The notes beneath the pieces are model-generated. The model was not told where the DNA came from and did not search any database. It saw only the letters and a list, made by a program, of their open reading frames with translations. Positions 46,657 to 56,051 of a DNA stretch of 64,000 bases are shown here, piece by piece. Source of the stretch: Dehalococcoidia bacterium (GTDB lineage Bacteria > Chloroflexota > Dehalococcoidia > UBA2979); NCBI GenBank assembly GCA_964291495.2, contig OZ219871.1, positions 320,001 through 384,000 on the forward strand, in the 5' to 3' direction. Position numbers and translations under genes: made by a program. Within the stretch, counting starts at the first letter, position 1; the number at the start of each line of letters is the position of its first letter.

Positions 46657-48606
46657 TCAGCGGCCGTCGAGCGCCTGTTCCTGCAGCGTGCGGTCCGGGC
46701 GGATGAACCGCGGGCCGAAGACCCCCGCGAGGAGGGCGACCAGCGCGATCGCCGCGACAACGAAGCCGGGGCGCCGGACGCCTCCGGCGAAATCGTCCGA
46801 GGCCCCCTCGGCGACATCCACGGCCTTCCCGGCAAGCAGGCGCTCGGTGGGCCCCACGTCCTGGTCCGACCAGTCTGCGATCTCCTCACGCGCCTGCTCG
46901 AACAACGCGCCCGAGGCGACCTCGTAGACCGGCCAGAAGAGGAACAGGATCACGACAACGGTCGCGAGCAGGGACGCCGACGCCCACACCACCCGCTCGG
47001 CCCAGCTCGTTCCACCGAGTGCCCCGATCGCGACCAGCAGGACCGCCACGATCAGCCAGGCAAGCACCCCGCCCCGGCGAACGTCGTTCGATACGTCGTG
47101 CGCCTCGTCCAGGGCCATGCCGAGCCCGCTCGCGGCTGGGTCATCGGGCGTATGGACGTAGCCGTCCGCCAGGAAGGCGCGCACCCGGTCCAGACCGTCC
47201 AGCACATCCGGTTCCGAGGCGAGGTCGGCGCGGAGGTCGGCCGCGCTGTACGTCCAGCCTTCGCTGAGCAGCTCACGCGTGTCGTGGAGCGCATCCAGGG
47301 CGTCCGGGCCGCCGGCCTCCCGCAGCTCCAGCCGCAGGTCGGCATCCGTGTAGGTCACCGCGTCCGGTACGGGCTCCAGCACGAGCGGCGGAATCGCCTC
47401 GGTGATCGCGGCACGCGCGTCTACGAGCAGATCGTCGGCCGGAACGCCCGGCGGAAGGCAGTCCGGCAGCCTCCCGCTCCCGAGGGCGGCAAGCGCGCCC
47501 GCTTCGGCGTCCGCCGGGCACGCGGGAAGGCCCTGCACCGACTCCTCGATCCTGGCGAGCGCGAGATCGGTCAGCAGGCCTGCAGCCGTGTCCTTGCGCT
47601 CGGCCAGCGAGATCGAGGTGGCAAACCCCTCCGACCGTCCCGTCACGTAGGCGCTCACATCGTCGATGAGCAGGTCGGCCTGCTGCTGCACCCAGGGTCG
47701 CGGCGCGGCCTGACGGAGCAACTCTCTGACCTCGTCGCGCCCGACCTCAACGCCGTACGGCAGCGTGATCGTCTGCTCGAGGTTGTCGTCGACGGTCGGG
47801 TCGAGGATGTCCGTGTACACGAAGTCGAAGGCGTCGGCCTCGTGCAGGACGGACTTGAGGTTCTCAACGGCCGCCGCCACCAGCGCGTCGCTGAGCCGTA
47901 TCCGCAGCTCGAAATCGTCCGTGTCGCCCACAAGGTACGCGGTCAGCTCGTTGACCACGTGCTCGACCTGCGTCGCGAACCACTCTGGAGTCAGGGTGTC
48001 TGTCACGACCTCGGCGAGCCGGCTGTTCTCTTCGTCGTCGCTCTCGAACAGCTGCTGCACCCAGCTGGGAGCCTCCTCATCAGGATCCACCGCGTGGCCT
48101 GCCGTGTCCTCGACCCGCGGCTCCAGCTCCAATTCGAGCAGCCGCTCGTAGACGCCCTCCTCGCGCATCAGCGCCAGCAGCTCGTCCACCACCTCGCGGA
48201 TCGTCTCTGCCAGCGGCGGATCGATGGTGAACGTGTCGCTGCGGCCCGTGACGTACCCGGCGACCTCCCGCACGGACGGGGCGACGAGGGCCTCGAGATC
48301 CTGGGGGGACAACCCGCGCTGCACGGCCTCGACGACCTGCGAGGTCGAGAGACCGGACGCCTCGACGGGGTTCTCGCGCAGTTCGACCCCGGCCTCGTTC
48401 GGATCCTCGTCACGCGCCTCGTCGACGGCCGACGAGAGCACGTTGTCCATGACGAAGCCGTAGGCATCCGCCTCCTCGAGCCGGTCCGCATAGAAGTCCG
48501 GGTTGAGGAAGGTGCCGTTCACGCTCTGCAGCACCAGGGCGGAGAGCACGAACCCCAGCAAGGGAACGCTGAGGGCGACGGCGGCAGTCCGCCTCAACCA
48601 GATCAT
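46657..48606 (-). CDS. large membrane protein with an acidic, internally repeated extracytoplasmic region
   Basis: One N-terminal TM and three C-terminal TMs; three repeats of type AYVTGRS..F; codon use less extreme than neighbours. Confidence 0.75.
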   Translation of the reverse strand: MIWLRRTAAVALSVPLLGFVLSALVLQSVNGTFLNPDFYADRLEEADAYGFVMDNVLSSAVDEARDEDPNEAGVELRENPVEASGLSTSQVVEAVQRGLSPQDLEALVAPSVREVAGYVTGRSDTFTIDPPLAETIREVVDELLALMREEGVYERLLELELEPRVEDTAGHAVDPDEEAPSWVQQLFESDDEENSRLAEVVTDTLTPEWFATQVEHVVNELTAYLVGDTDDFELRIRLSDALVAAAVENLKSVLHEADAFDFVYTDILDPTVDDNLEQTITLPYGVEVGRDEVRELLRQAAPRPWVQQQADLLIDDVSAYVTGRSEGFATSISLAERKDTAAGLLTDLALARIEESVQGLPACPADAEAGALAALGSGRLPDCLPPGVPADDLLVDARAAITEAIPPLVLEPVPDAVTYTDADLRLELREAGGPDALDALHDTRELLSEGWTYSAADLRADLASEPDVLDGLDRVRAFLADGYVHTPDDPAASGLGMALDEAHDVSNDVRRGGVLAWLIVAVLLVAIGALGGTSWAERVVWASASLLATVVVILFLFWPVYEVASGALFEQAREEIADWSDQDVGPTERLLAGKAVDVAEGASDDFAGGVRRPGFVVAAIALVALLAGVFGPRFIRPDRTLQEQALDGR

Positions 48607-48745
48607 GGCTCGCGAAGGTGACCGGCGGACGCGGCAAGACGTGCCGCGAGCGGCCTACGCCGCCTCACCGCTCGATCGGTGGGCTGACGGGCGCCGGCCG
48701 CGCCAGTCCGGCACGGCCCGGCGCCGTGTCGAACGAGGCCGGTAG

Positions 48746-49522
48746 CTATCGCCCCTGCCAGTTCGGGTCGCGCTTCTCCGCGAAGGCGCGCGCGCCCTCC
48801 TTGATGTCCTCGGAGTTGACGACCGGCAGCGACAGCCACGCGCCGAGGCGGTAGGAGTCGTCGATCTTCGCCATCCGCCAGGCCTGGATCATCGCCTTCG
48901 TCGCCTGCACCGAGAGCGGCGCGTTCGAGGCGATCTGCTCGGCCAGCTCGATCGCACGAGGCATCAGCTGCTCCGGCGGGTCCACCACCTCCGAGACGAT
49001 GCCGAACTGCAGCGCCTGCTCCGGCTCCACGCGGTCGCCGACGAGCAGCACGTGGTTGGCGGCCGAGAGGTTCGTGATCCTCGGCAGGTGGTGAATCGCG
49101 TAGCCGGCGATGATGCCGCGCCGGGGCTCGAACAGGCCGACGTAGGCGTTCGAGGCCATGATCCGGATGTCGCAGTCCAGCGCCTGCTCCAGGCCGCCGC
49201 CGACGGCGAGCCCGTTGATCGCCGCGATGAACGGCTTGGGGCTACCCGAGTAGACCAGCCGCGGCACCTGGCCGGTCTGCCGCTGGGAGACGCCCTCGCC
49301 GGTGTTGGCGCGGTCGGCGGCCTCCTTCAGGTCCATGCCGGCGCTGAAGGCGCGGCCCGCACCCGTCAGGATGCCGACCCGCATGTTCGGGTCTGCGTTG
49401 AAGTCGTCGACGTGCTCCGCCATCTCCGCGCGCAACTGGCCGCCGAGGGCGTTGAGCCGCTCGGGCCGATTGAGCGTGAAGATCGCGTAGAAGTCCCGCT
49501 TCTCGTACAACGCGTCAGGCAT
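48746..49522 (-). CDS. enoyl-CoA hydratase/isomerase
   Basis: LNRPERLNA, FSAGMDL, GGGLE, LFEPRRG. Confidence 0.93.
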   Translation of the reverse strand: MPDALYEKRDFYAIFTLNRPERLNALGGQLRAEMAEHVDDFNADPNMRVGILTGAGRAFSAGMDLKEAADRANTGEGVSQRQTGQVPRLVYSGSPKPFIAAINGLAVGGGLEQALDCDIRIMASNAYVGLFEPRRGIIAGYAIHHLPRITNLSAANHVLLVGDRVEPEQALQFGIVSEVVDPPEQLMPRAIELAEQIASNAPLSVQATKAMIQAWRMAKIDDSYRLGAWLSLPVVNSEDIKEGARAFAEKRDPNWQGR

Positions 49523-49594
49523 GGTTCCCCCTTGTCTGCCTTGCGGTGCTCCCTCTGCTTCTGCTGTATCCTGCGTCGCCGCGGCGCGGACGCC

Positions 49595-50371
49595 TCAGCG
49601 CCCCTGCCACACGGGGTCGCGCTTCTCCGCGAAGGCCTGCGGCCCCTCTCGGGCGTCCTCGGAGTCGAGGACCACCGCGTCGATCCACTGGTAGAGCCGG
49701 TAGTTGTCGTCGATGCTCGCCATGCGCCAGGCCTGGATCTCCGCCTTGGTGCCGTGCACGGAGAGCGGCGCGTTCTCCGCGATCATCTGCGCGATCTCGA
49801 CCGACCGCGGGATCAGCCGCTCCGGCTCGACGACCTCGCTCACCACGCCCCACTCGAGGGCCTGATCGGCCTCGATGGCGTCGGCGGTGAGCAGCATGTA
49901 GGCGGCTGCGGTGGAGCCGACGACGCGCGGGAGGTGGTGCATCGCGTAGCCCGCCATGATTCCGCGCTTCGGCTCGAACAGCCCGACGTAGGCGTCCGAG
50001 GACATGATGCGGATGTCGCAGTCGAGGGCGATCTCCAGGCCTCCGCCGATCGCGAGCCCGTTGATCGCCGCGATGAACGGCTTGGGGCTGCGCGAGAAGT
50101 CCATCAGCTCCACGCGGCCCTCGGGGCGAACCCCGGTGACGGCGTCCCCGCTCGCGGCGCGGTCCGCGGCCTCCTTGAGGTCCATACCCGCGCAGAACGC
50201 GCGCCCGGACCCGGTCAGGATCCCGGCGCGCATCTTCGGATCGGCGTTGAAGTCCGCGATCGCCTCGTCGAGCTGGTCCATCAGCGCGCCGCCGAGGGCG
50301 TTGAGCCGCTCCGGGCGGTTGAGCGTGAAGATCGCGTAGGCGTCGTGCTTCTCGTACAGGAGCTCACTCAT
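49595..50371 (-). CDS. enoyl-CoA hydratase/isomerase (tandem paralogue)
   Basis: MSELLYEK, LNRPERLNA, FCAGMDL, GGGLE, LFEPKRG; C-terminal part of track ORF 49595..52882. Confidence 0.93.
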   Translation of the reverse strand: MSELLYEKHDAYAIFTLNRPERLNALGGALMDQLDEAIADFNADPKMRAGILTGSGRAFCAGMDLKEAADRAASGDAVTGVRPEGRVELMDFSRSPKPFIAAINGLAIGGGLEIALDCDIRIMSSDAYVGLFEPKRGIMAGYAMHHLPRVVGSTAAAYMLLTADAIEADQALEWGVVSEVVEPERLIPRSVEIAQMIAENAPLSVHGTKAEIQAWRMASIDDNYRLYQWIDAVVLDSEDAREGPQAFAEKRDPVWQGR

Positions 50372-50475
50372 CGGCGCGCCGTTCGTCCTCTCCCGGACCT
50401 CGCCGCTGCGGGCGCTTCGCCGCGCCATCATACGCGGCCGGGGCGGACCGTGCGGCGCGGGTTCTCGCAGGACCG

Positions 50476-52197
50476 TCAGGCGCCGCCCAGCTCGCGCCGC
50501 ATCAGCGCGAGGCCCATCGGCCCCAGCTCGAAGGCGCGCGCGTGGAAGGCCTTGAGGTCGAAGGCATCGCCGAGGCGGCGGCGCGCCGCCTCGCGCGCAT
50601 CGAGCCAGGCGCGCTCGCCCACCTTGTAGCTGATCGCCTGCCCCGGCAGGCCGAGGTAGCGGTCGACCTCGCTGGCGACGAAGTCCGCCGGGAAGTGGCT
50701 GCGCTGCTCGATGAACTCCAGCCCCAGCGCCGGGGTCCAGCGCGCGCCGGGGTGGAAACCGCCCGACGCGTCGCCCTCGGGGATCGAGAGTTCGAGGTGC
50801 ATGCCGATGTCGATCACCACGCGCACGCAGCGCAGCGCCTGCGCGCGCAGCATCCCCAGCTCGTAGTCCGGGTTGTCGAGGTAGCCGAGCTCGCCCATCA
50901 GCTGCTCGGCGTAGAGCGCCCAGCCCTCGACGTAGCCCGAGGTGCCGCCAATCAGGCGCTGCCAGCGCGAGAGCAGCCCGGCCAGCCAGGTCGTCGTCCC
51001 GATCTGCAGGTGGTGGCCGGGGACGCCTTCGTGGTAGGCGATCGAGACTTCGCCCCAGAGCGGGAAGCGCGTCTTGCCGCCCGTCGGATACCAGGTGCGG
51101 CCGGGCCGGCTGAAGTCCTCCGAGGGCCCCGTGTAGTACATCGCCAGCGCGCCGCCGGGCGGCGCGATCAGCGCCTCGATGCGGCGCACGGGCTCGGGGA
51201 TCTCGAAGTGCCGCCCGTGCAGCTCGGCGATCGTCGAGTCCTGCAGTTCCTGCATCCAGCGCTGGAAGGCGTCGACGCCCTCGATCGCGCGATCGGGGTC
51301 CGTCTCCAGCAGCTCCTTCGCCGCCTCGACGCCCCCGCCGGGCAGGATCCGCTCGGCGACCTCCGCCATGCGGCCTTCGATGCGGCGCAGCTCCTCCCAG
51401 CCCCACTCGTACGTCGCGCGCAGGTCGAACTCGTCGCCGTTGTAGACGCGCGCGCCGAGGGCGTAGCGGTCCGGCCCGACGGCGTCGCGCGGCCTCGCGA
51501 GCTGCAGGTAGCGCTGGCGCAGGTAGCGGCCGAAGGCGGCGCAGGCGCCGCTCGCCGCCCCCGCGGCGTTCCGAAGCTCCGCCGCCAGCCCCGGCGACTC
51601 GATGCCCGAGTCCGCGAACTCGTCCGCGAGGCCGTGGAAGAAGCTGGTGGCGCCCTCGCCGTGACCGCTCCAGACCTCCGCCTGCCGGGCGCAGGCCTCG
51701 ACCTGCCGACGCGCCGCCACGCGCTCGCGCCGGATGCCCTCGTCGAGCGTGTCGCGGTAGCGGCTGTACGCCTCGGGCACGCGCGCCATGCGTCGTGCGA
51801 TGTACGCCCAGTCTTGCTCGGTCGCGCGCGGCATCAGGTCGAAGACGCGCCGGATCGACTGGAACGGGCTGGCGAGGATGTTGAGGCCTCGGTAGTGCTC
51901 GCCGGCGGCGTCCAGCTCGAGCGTGAGCCGCAGCCGTTCGGACACCGCCTCGCGCGCGATGCGGTCGCGGTCGTCCTCGGGCTCCGCTGCCTCGAGGGCG
52001 CTCAGCGTCTCGCGATCGAGCCCCGTCCGCGCCTCGTGGCCGGCCGGCGAGAAGTCGGTCAGTTGCTCCTCGTAGCCCGGGATGCCCATCGAGGTCGCGG
52101 CGTTGGGGTGCAGCGCGGCGAGGCGCTCGACGTAGTCGCTGGCGATCGCGTAGATCGCCGACGGCTCGCGGTCTGGTGTTGCTGCGGCGGGCGACAT
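50476..52197 (-). CDS. DUF885 family protein (metallopeptidase-like)
   Basis: YHEGVPGHHLQ, EGWALYAE, PGQAISYKVG. Confidence 0.92.
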   Translation of the reverse strand: MSPAAATPDREPSAIYAIASDYVERLAALHPNAATSMGIPGYEEQLTDFSPAGHEARTGLDRETLSALEAAEPEDDRDRIAREAVSERLRLTLELDAAGEHYRGLNILASPFQSIRRVFDLMPRATEQDWAYIARRMARVPEAYSRYRDTLDEGIRRERVAARRQVEACARQAEVWSGHGEGATSFFHGLADEFADSGIESPGLAAELRNAAGAASGACAAFGRYLRQRYLQLARPRDAVGPDRYALGARVYNGDEFDLRATYEWGWEELRRIEGRMAEVAERILPGGGVEAAKELLETDPDRAIEGVDAFQRWMQELQDSTIAELHGRHFEIPEPVRRIEALIAPPGGALAMYYTGPSEDFSRPGRTWYPTGGKTRFPLWGEVSIAYHEGVPGHHLQIGTTTWLAGLLSRWQRLIGGTSGYVEGWALYAEQLMGELGYLDNPDYELGMLRAQALRCVRVVIDIGMHLELSIPEGDASGGFHPGARWTPALGLEFIEQRSHFPADFVASEVDRYLGLPGQAISYKVGERAWLDAREAARRRLGDAFDLKAFHARAFELGPMGLALMRRELGGA

Positions 52198-52209
52198 GGC
52201 GCCTCGAGG

Positions 52210-53187
52210 CTAGAAGGTCGCGATCGGGTTGGCGGGCGAGCCGGTGCCCTGCGCGAGGCGGAGCGGGTTCAGCGTCAGGCAGAACTCCCAGCGATTGCGC
52301 TCCGCGCAGGCCTCGGCGAGCCGTTCGAGGTGGCCGTTGTCGATCAGGCGCAGGCCCAGCGCGACCAGCGAGACCTGGTGCACCGGCAGCATCGTCCTGG
52401 GGTACGCGCCCGGCGGCGTGGCGTCCTGGATGACGTCCGAGCCGAGCAGCGCGACGTCGCGCTCGCGGATCCAGGGCATGCAGGCGACGTTGTAGCCGGA
52501 GTGCTCGGCGGGCGGCTCCCCTCCGGAAGCCGCGGCGGCCTCGACCTGCGCGCCGTAGCCCGTGCGCAGCAGCAGCACGTCGCCCGGCTCCACGCGTACG
52601 CCCTGCGCCTCCTCGGCGGCCTCGAGGTCCTCCGGGAAGACGTGGTCGCCGGGCTCCAGCGTCGTCACGCCCTTCGCGCGGGCGACGTCGAGCAGGACGC
52701 CGCGGCTCATGATGCCGTCCTGCAGCACGTCCGAGGTCTGGACCGTGGCGCCCTCGGAGGCCTTGACCAGCTCGGCGGGGCGACCGTTGTACATCTTGCC
52801 CTGGTAGAAGACGTGGGCGAGCCCGTCGATGTGCGTGAAGACCTGGCCGTGGAAGACGAAGGCGACGTGCTCCGCGGCCCACTCGAGCATCTCGACGCCG
52901 GGGAAGAGCGGGTGGCCGGGGTTGTCGCCGAGGGCGTAGCGCTCGCCGGTCTGGACCATGTGGATCAGCGGGTTGGCGGCGCCCATCGCCATCGGACCGG
53001 GGAAGGGGATCTGCCGCGAGCAGGAGACGCTGACGCCGTCCTGCACCAGCGAGGCGGCCTGCCTGCGCTTCTCGGGCGTAATCAGGTTGAGCGTGCCGAG
53101 GAGGTCGTCATCCCCCCAGCGCCCCCAGTTGCTCAGGGAGTCGAAGTAGCCGATCACCTCGTCCTGCGTAGGTGGCGTCCCCATCAT
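52210..53187 (-). CDS. cyclase-family metal-dependent hydrolase
   Basis: NWGRWG.DD..GTLN, THIDGLAH, RGVLLD, GSPANP. Confidence 0.9.
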   Translation of the reverse strand: MMGTPPTQDEVIGYFDSLSNWGRWGDDDLLGTLNLITPEKRRQAASLVQDGVSVSCSRQIPFPGPMAMGAANPLIHMVQTGERYALGDNPGHPLFPGVEMLEWAAEHVAFVFHGQVFTHIDGLAHVFYQGKMYNGRPAELVKASEGATVQTSDVLQDGIMSRGVLLDVARAKGVTTLEPGDHVFPEDLEAAEEAQGVRVEPGDVLLLRTGYGAQVEAAAASGGEPPAEHSGYNVACMPWIRERDVALLGSDVIQDATPPGAYPRTMLPVHQVSLVALGLRLIDNGHLERLAEACAERNRWEFCLTLNPLRLAQGTGSPANPIATF

Positions 53188-53310
53188 TCGGCCTCCTCCA
53201 CGCGCCGCTCCGGGCCCCCGCGCGGGCCCGCGGCGATGCTACACCAGCGCCGCGCTCCATTCCCGCGCCCGATGGAGGCCTTCGCGTAGCCCTCACCTCG
53301 AGGCAGCGAG

Positions 53311-53516
53311 CGCATCCCCTCCGGTCCCCTCTCCCCCAGGGAGAGGGTCAGGGTGAGGGAGGGTCCGCCTTCCGGGATTGCGTTGAGCCATCGGGGGTTC
53401 CGGAGGTGCGCGGGAGTCTTCCCCTCACCCCCGCCCTCTCCCCCAGGGAGAGGGAGCCGGATCGGGCTTGTGGAAGTCCGCAAAGGTCTCCGATGAGAGT
53501 GGGTGAGGGGGATGCG
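53311..53516. repeat. MITE/BIME-like element, copy B (inverted relative to copy A)
   Basis: Reverse complement closely follows about 33295-33499; ends cg-CATCCCC ... GGGGATG-cg. Confidence 0.85.
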
Positions 53517-53539
53517 GCGGCGCCTACGCGACGCCCCAG

Positions 53540-54064
53540 CTAGTAGCGGATGTTGATCGAGGTGCGCAGGCGCACCAGTTCGCCGTGCTGGTTCTCCCAG
53601 CGGATGCTCGTGTAGGTGAAGAGGGTGAGGCCGAGGCGGCCGGTGCGCTCGTCCCACTTCGTGAGGGCGAACGTCTCCGCGATGCGGTCGCCGGGGCGCA
53701 TTGGGACGCCGTAGACGTCATCCTGGCCGCCGTTCATGCCGTGCTGGCCCGGCGCGTTGGGGTCGGGCGGCGTCTGCGGGCGCGGCAGGTTGTTGTCCGC
53801 CTCCCAGAACTGCCGCCCCGTCGGCGTGTCGATCTGCCACGCGAAGGGGTTGAACTCAGGAGGCGCGATGATTCCGCCCCAGCGCGTCGTCTTCGCGTAC
53901 TCCTCGTCCCAGAACAAGCGCGGCGGCTTCTCCGGGTAGTAGGTCGCGATCGCCCAGCGGCGGATGTCGGAGGCCTCGATCGGCAGCGACCACGACGGCT
54001 CGCTCCAGGCGTCGAGCGCCTCGCGCATCTGCGGCGTGACCAGCGTGTCGACTCCCTCGGCCAT
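53540..54064 (-). CDS. MaoC-like (hot-dog) dehydratase N-terminal-domain protein
   Basis: IRRWAIA, DEEYAK.TRWGGIIAPP, NGGQ, RPGDRI, NQHGELV. Confidence 0.85.
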   Translation of the reverse strand: MAEGVDTLVTPQMREALDAWSEPSWSLPIEASDIRRWAIATYYPEKPPRLFWDEEYAKTTRWGGIIAPPEFNPFAWQIDTPTGRQFWEADNNLPRPQTPPDPNAPGQHGMNGGQDDVYGVPMRPGDRIAETFALTKWDERTGRLGLTLFTYTSIRWENQHGELVRLRTSINIRY

Positions 54065-54151
54065 CGCGCCCCTCCCCGCGTCGCCCTGACGCCGCGAGCA
54101 TACCGCGCCGCGCGGTGCGATGACGGCGACGGCTCGCTGACTACGATCGGG

Positions 54152-54239
54152 TGGCGGAGGGGGTGGGATTCGAACCCACGACAGCTTGCACTGCGACGGT
54201 GTTCAAGACCGCTCCCTTAAACCACTCGGGCACCCCTCC
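54152..54239 (-). tRNA. tRNA-Ser(TGA)
   Basis: GGAGGGG...GCGGT-CT TGA AC-ACCGT, long variable arm, GGTTCGAATCC, encoded CCA. Confidence 0.95.
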
Positions 54240-54342
54240 ACCTTCCATTGTAGGTCCGCACCCCCGCGGACCGGGCGCGCGCCCGATCGCGCGCGCTATG
54301 CTGCGGCCCGCAACGAGTGCAACCGGCGAGAGGAGCCAGAGG

Positions 54343-55296
54343 ATGTCCACGGTCAACACCGCCCGAGGCCCGGTCGACACCTCCGAGCTCGGCCGCACCT
54401 TCATGCACGAGCACATCTCGCTCGGCGGGACGGACGTCTTCGCGAACTGGCCCGAGCTGAACGACGCCCCGGCCTGCCTCGAGGCCGCGACCACGCGCTT
54501 CGCGCAACTCGACGAGCGCGGCGTCGGCAGCGTCGTCGACGTGACGCCTGCGAACCTCGGACGCGACATCGCGCTGATCGAGCAGGTGCAGGCCTCGACG
54601 AGCGTGAACATCATCGTGGCGACGGGGATGTACTGGAACGTCCCGCTCTACTGGCACGGCCGCGACCCGGACGAGCTGGCCGACGCCTTCGTGCGCGAGA
54701 TCGAGCAGGGCATCGGCGAGTCCTCGGTGCGCGCCGGCATCATCAAGCTCGCCTCGCATATGACCCTCGACGAGGTAAACGAGGCCGTGCTGCGCGCCGG
54801 CGCGCGCGCCCACCGCCGCAGCGGCGTGCCGATCACGACGCACGCGATGCCGCAGGCGTTCGGCCTGGAGCAGCAACGCATCTTCCGCGAGGAGGGCGTG
54901 GACCTCTCGCGCACCATCATCGGGCACCAGGGCAACGAGCCGACGTCGGACTTCTACCGCCGGTTGATGGACGCCGGGAGCCTGATCGGCGTCGACAACT
55001 TCGGCATCGAGATCGGCAGCCCGGACTGGCACGACTCGCAGGGCCGCATCGAGGTGATCGCGGAGCTCTGCGCCGACGGTTACGCCGACCGCATCGTGCT
55101 CTCGCACGACAGCATGTGCTGCATCCACTGGGGGCAGGTGCAGGCGCTCCGCCAGGCGAACCCGAACTGGACCTCGACGTACATCCCGGACGTGATCGCA
55201 CCCGCCATGCTCGACCGCGGCATCAGCGAGGCGCACCTGGAGCAGATGCTCGTCACCAACCCGCGACGGGTGTTCGAGACGCAGGGCGCTTACTAG
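54343..55296 (+). CDS. phosphotriesterase-like lactonase (amidohydrolase)
   Basis: MHEHI, GIIKLA, ITTH, IIGH, LSHD metal ligands; ATG 54343. Confidence 0.92.
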   Translation: MSTVNTARGPVDTSELGRTFMHEHISLGGTDVFANWPELNDAPACLEAATTRFAQLDERGVGSVVDVTPANLGRDIALIEQVQASTSVNIIVATGMYWNVPLYWHGRDPDELADAFVREIEQGIGESSVRAGIIKLASHMTLDEVNEAVLRAGARAHRRSGVPITTHAMPQAFGLEQQRIFREEGVDLSRTIIGHQGNEPTSDFYRRLMDAGSLIGVDNFGIEIGSPDWHDSQGRIEVIAELCADGYADRIVLSHDSMCCIHWGQVQALRQANPNWTSTYIPDVIAPAMLDRGISEAHLEQMLVTNPRRVFETQGAY

Positions 55297-55320
55297 GGAG
55301 GCCGGCCTGGCGCCGGCGCC

Positions 55321-55998
55321 TCAGTACCAGATCGCGACCTCGCGGCCCTCGATGCGCTGAGGCGGATCGGGTAGCGAGCGGGCCTCGCCGCGGGCGATGC
55401 GGGCGGCCGTCCAGGCGCAGGCCACCGCGTCCACGATGTCGTCCGCCGCCCCGTGGCGGCTCGCCTCGCCGACGAGGTCGGGGACCGCGAGGCTCGCCGC
55501 GGCCAGCAGCGCGCGCCGCTGCAACAGCCCGTCCCACGTCTTCTTCGAGGGCAACGTCCGCCCGGCTGAGAGCGCGGTGAACGTAACCTCGGGATGTACC
55601 TCGTAGACGCAGGCGCCCTCGGCCGCGATCTCGCGTACCTGCCGGATCTTCGCAATCAGCGCGAAGCTCTGGCGCGATAGACCCTTCCCGCTCACCCGCC
55701 TCGACGCCTCGTTCGCCTCCTCGTAGCTCGCCGCGTGGAGGGCGGCCAACGGAGGCGCCTTGAAGATGCTCGATGCGCGTCCCGTCGGGAGGAACCGGCG
55801 AGCCTCCCTGTCGGCCTCACGATCTCCGGTGGCGCTGAGGTGGATCGGTATGTCGAAGGCGAACGCCTCGGCGTTCGGGTACGCCTTGAGGGCGACGCGG
55901 GCCGACTCGACAAACTCGATGGTGGCCAGCCGTCCGTCTTCGACGACGGCGGCGATCCAGCCGGTAGGACAGCCATCGAGGCCGACCGCAACGCCCAT
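55321..55998 (-). CDS. DUF429 family predicted nuclease (RNase H fold)
   Basis: GLDGC..GW, DIPI, R.ADREAR, YEVHPE, DDIVDA. Confidence 0.88.
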   Translation of the reverse strand: MGVAVGLDGCPTGWIAAVVEDGRLATIEFVESARVALKAYPNAEAFAFDIPIHLSATGDREADREARRFLPTGRASSIFKAPPLAALHAASYEEANEASRRVSGKGLSRQSFALIAKIRQVREIAAEGACVYEVHPEVTFTALSAGRTLPSKKTWDGLLQRRALLAAASLAVPDLVGEASRHGAADDIVDAVACAWTAARIARGEARSLPDPPQRIEGREVAIWY

Positions 55999-56051
55999 CG
56001 CACCCCTCGCGCCCGTCCGGTACCCGCGAATTCACCCGCGACGCCGGATGA

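Noticed and set aside
50372-52882. Apparent 1095-aa crotonase fusion
   Set aside because: The upstream part is an off-frame reading of the DUF885 and cyclase genes; the true start is ATG 50371.
29677-54181. Repeated tggcggaggggg.gggattcgaaccc as possible att sites of a 24-kb island
   Set aside because: Both are 3' ends of complete, different tRNA-Ser genes; the enclosed genes are core genes and there is no integrase.
54152-54239. tRNA with TGA read as a selenocysteine or opal-suppressor tRNA
   Set aside because: TGA is the anticodon itself (reads UCA, Ser); tRNA-Sec would have anticodon TCA and a longer acceptor stem.
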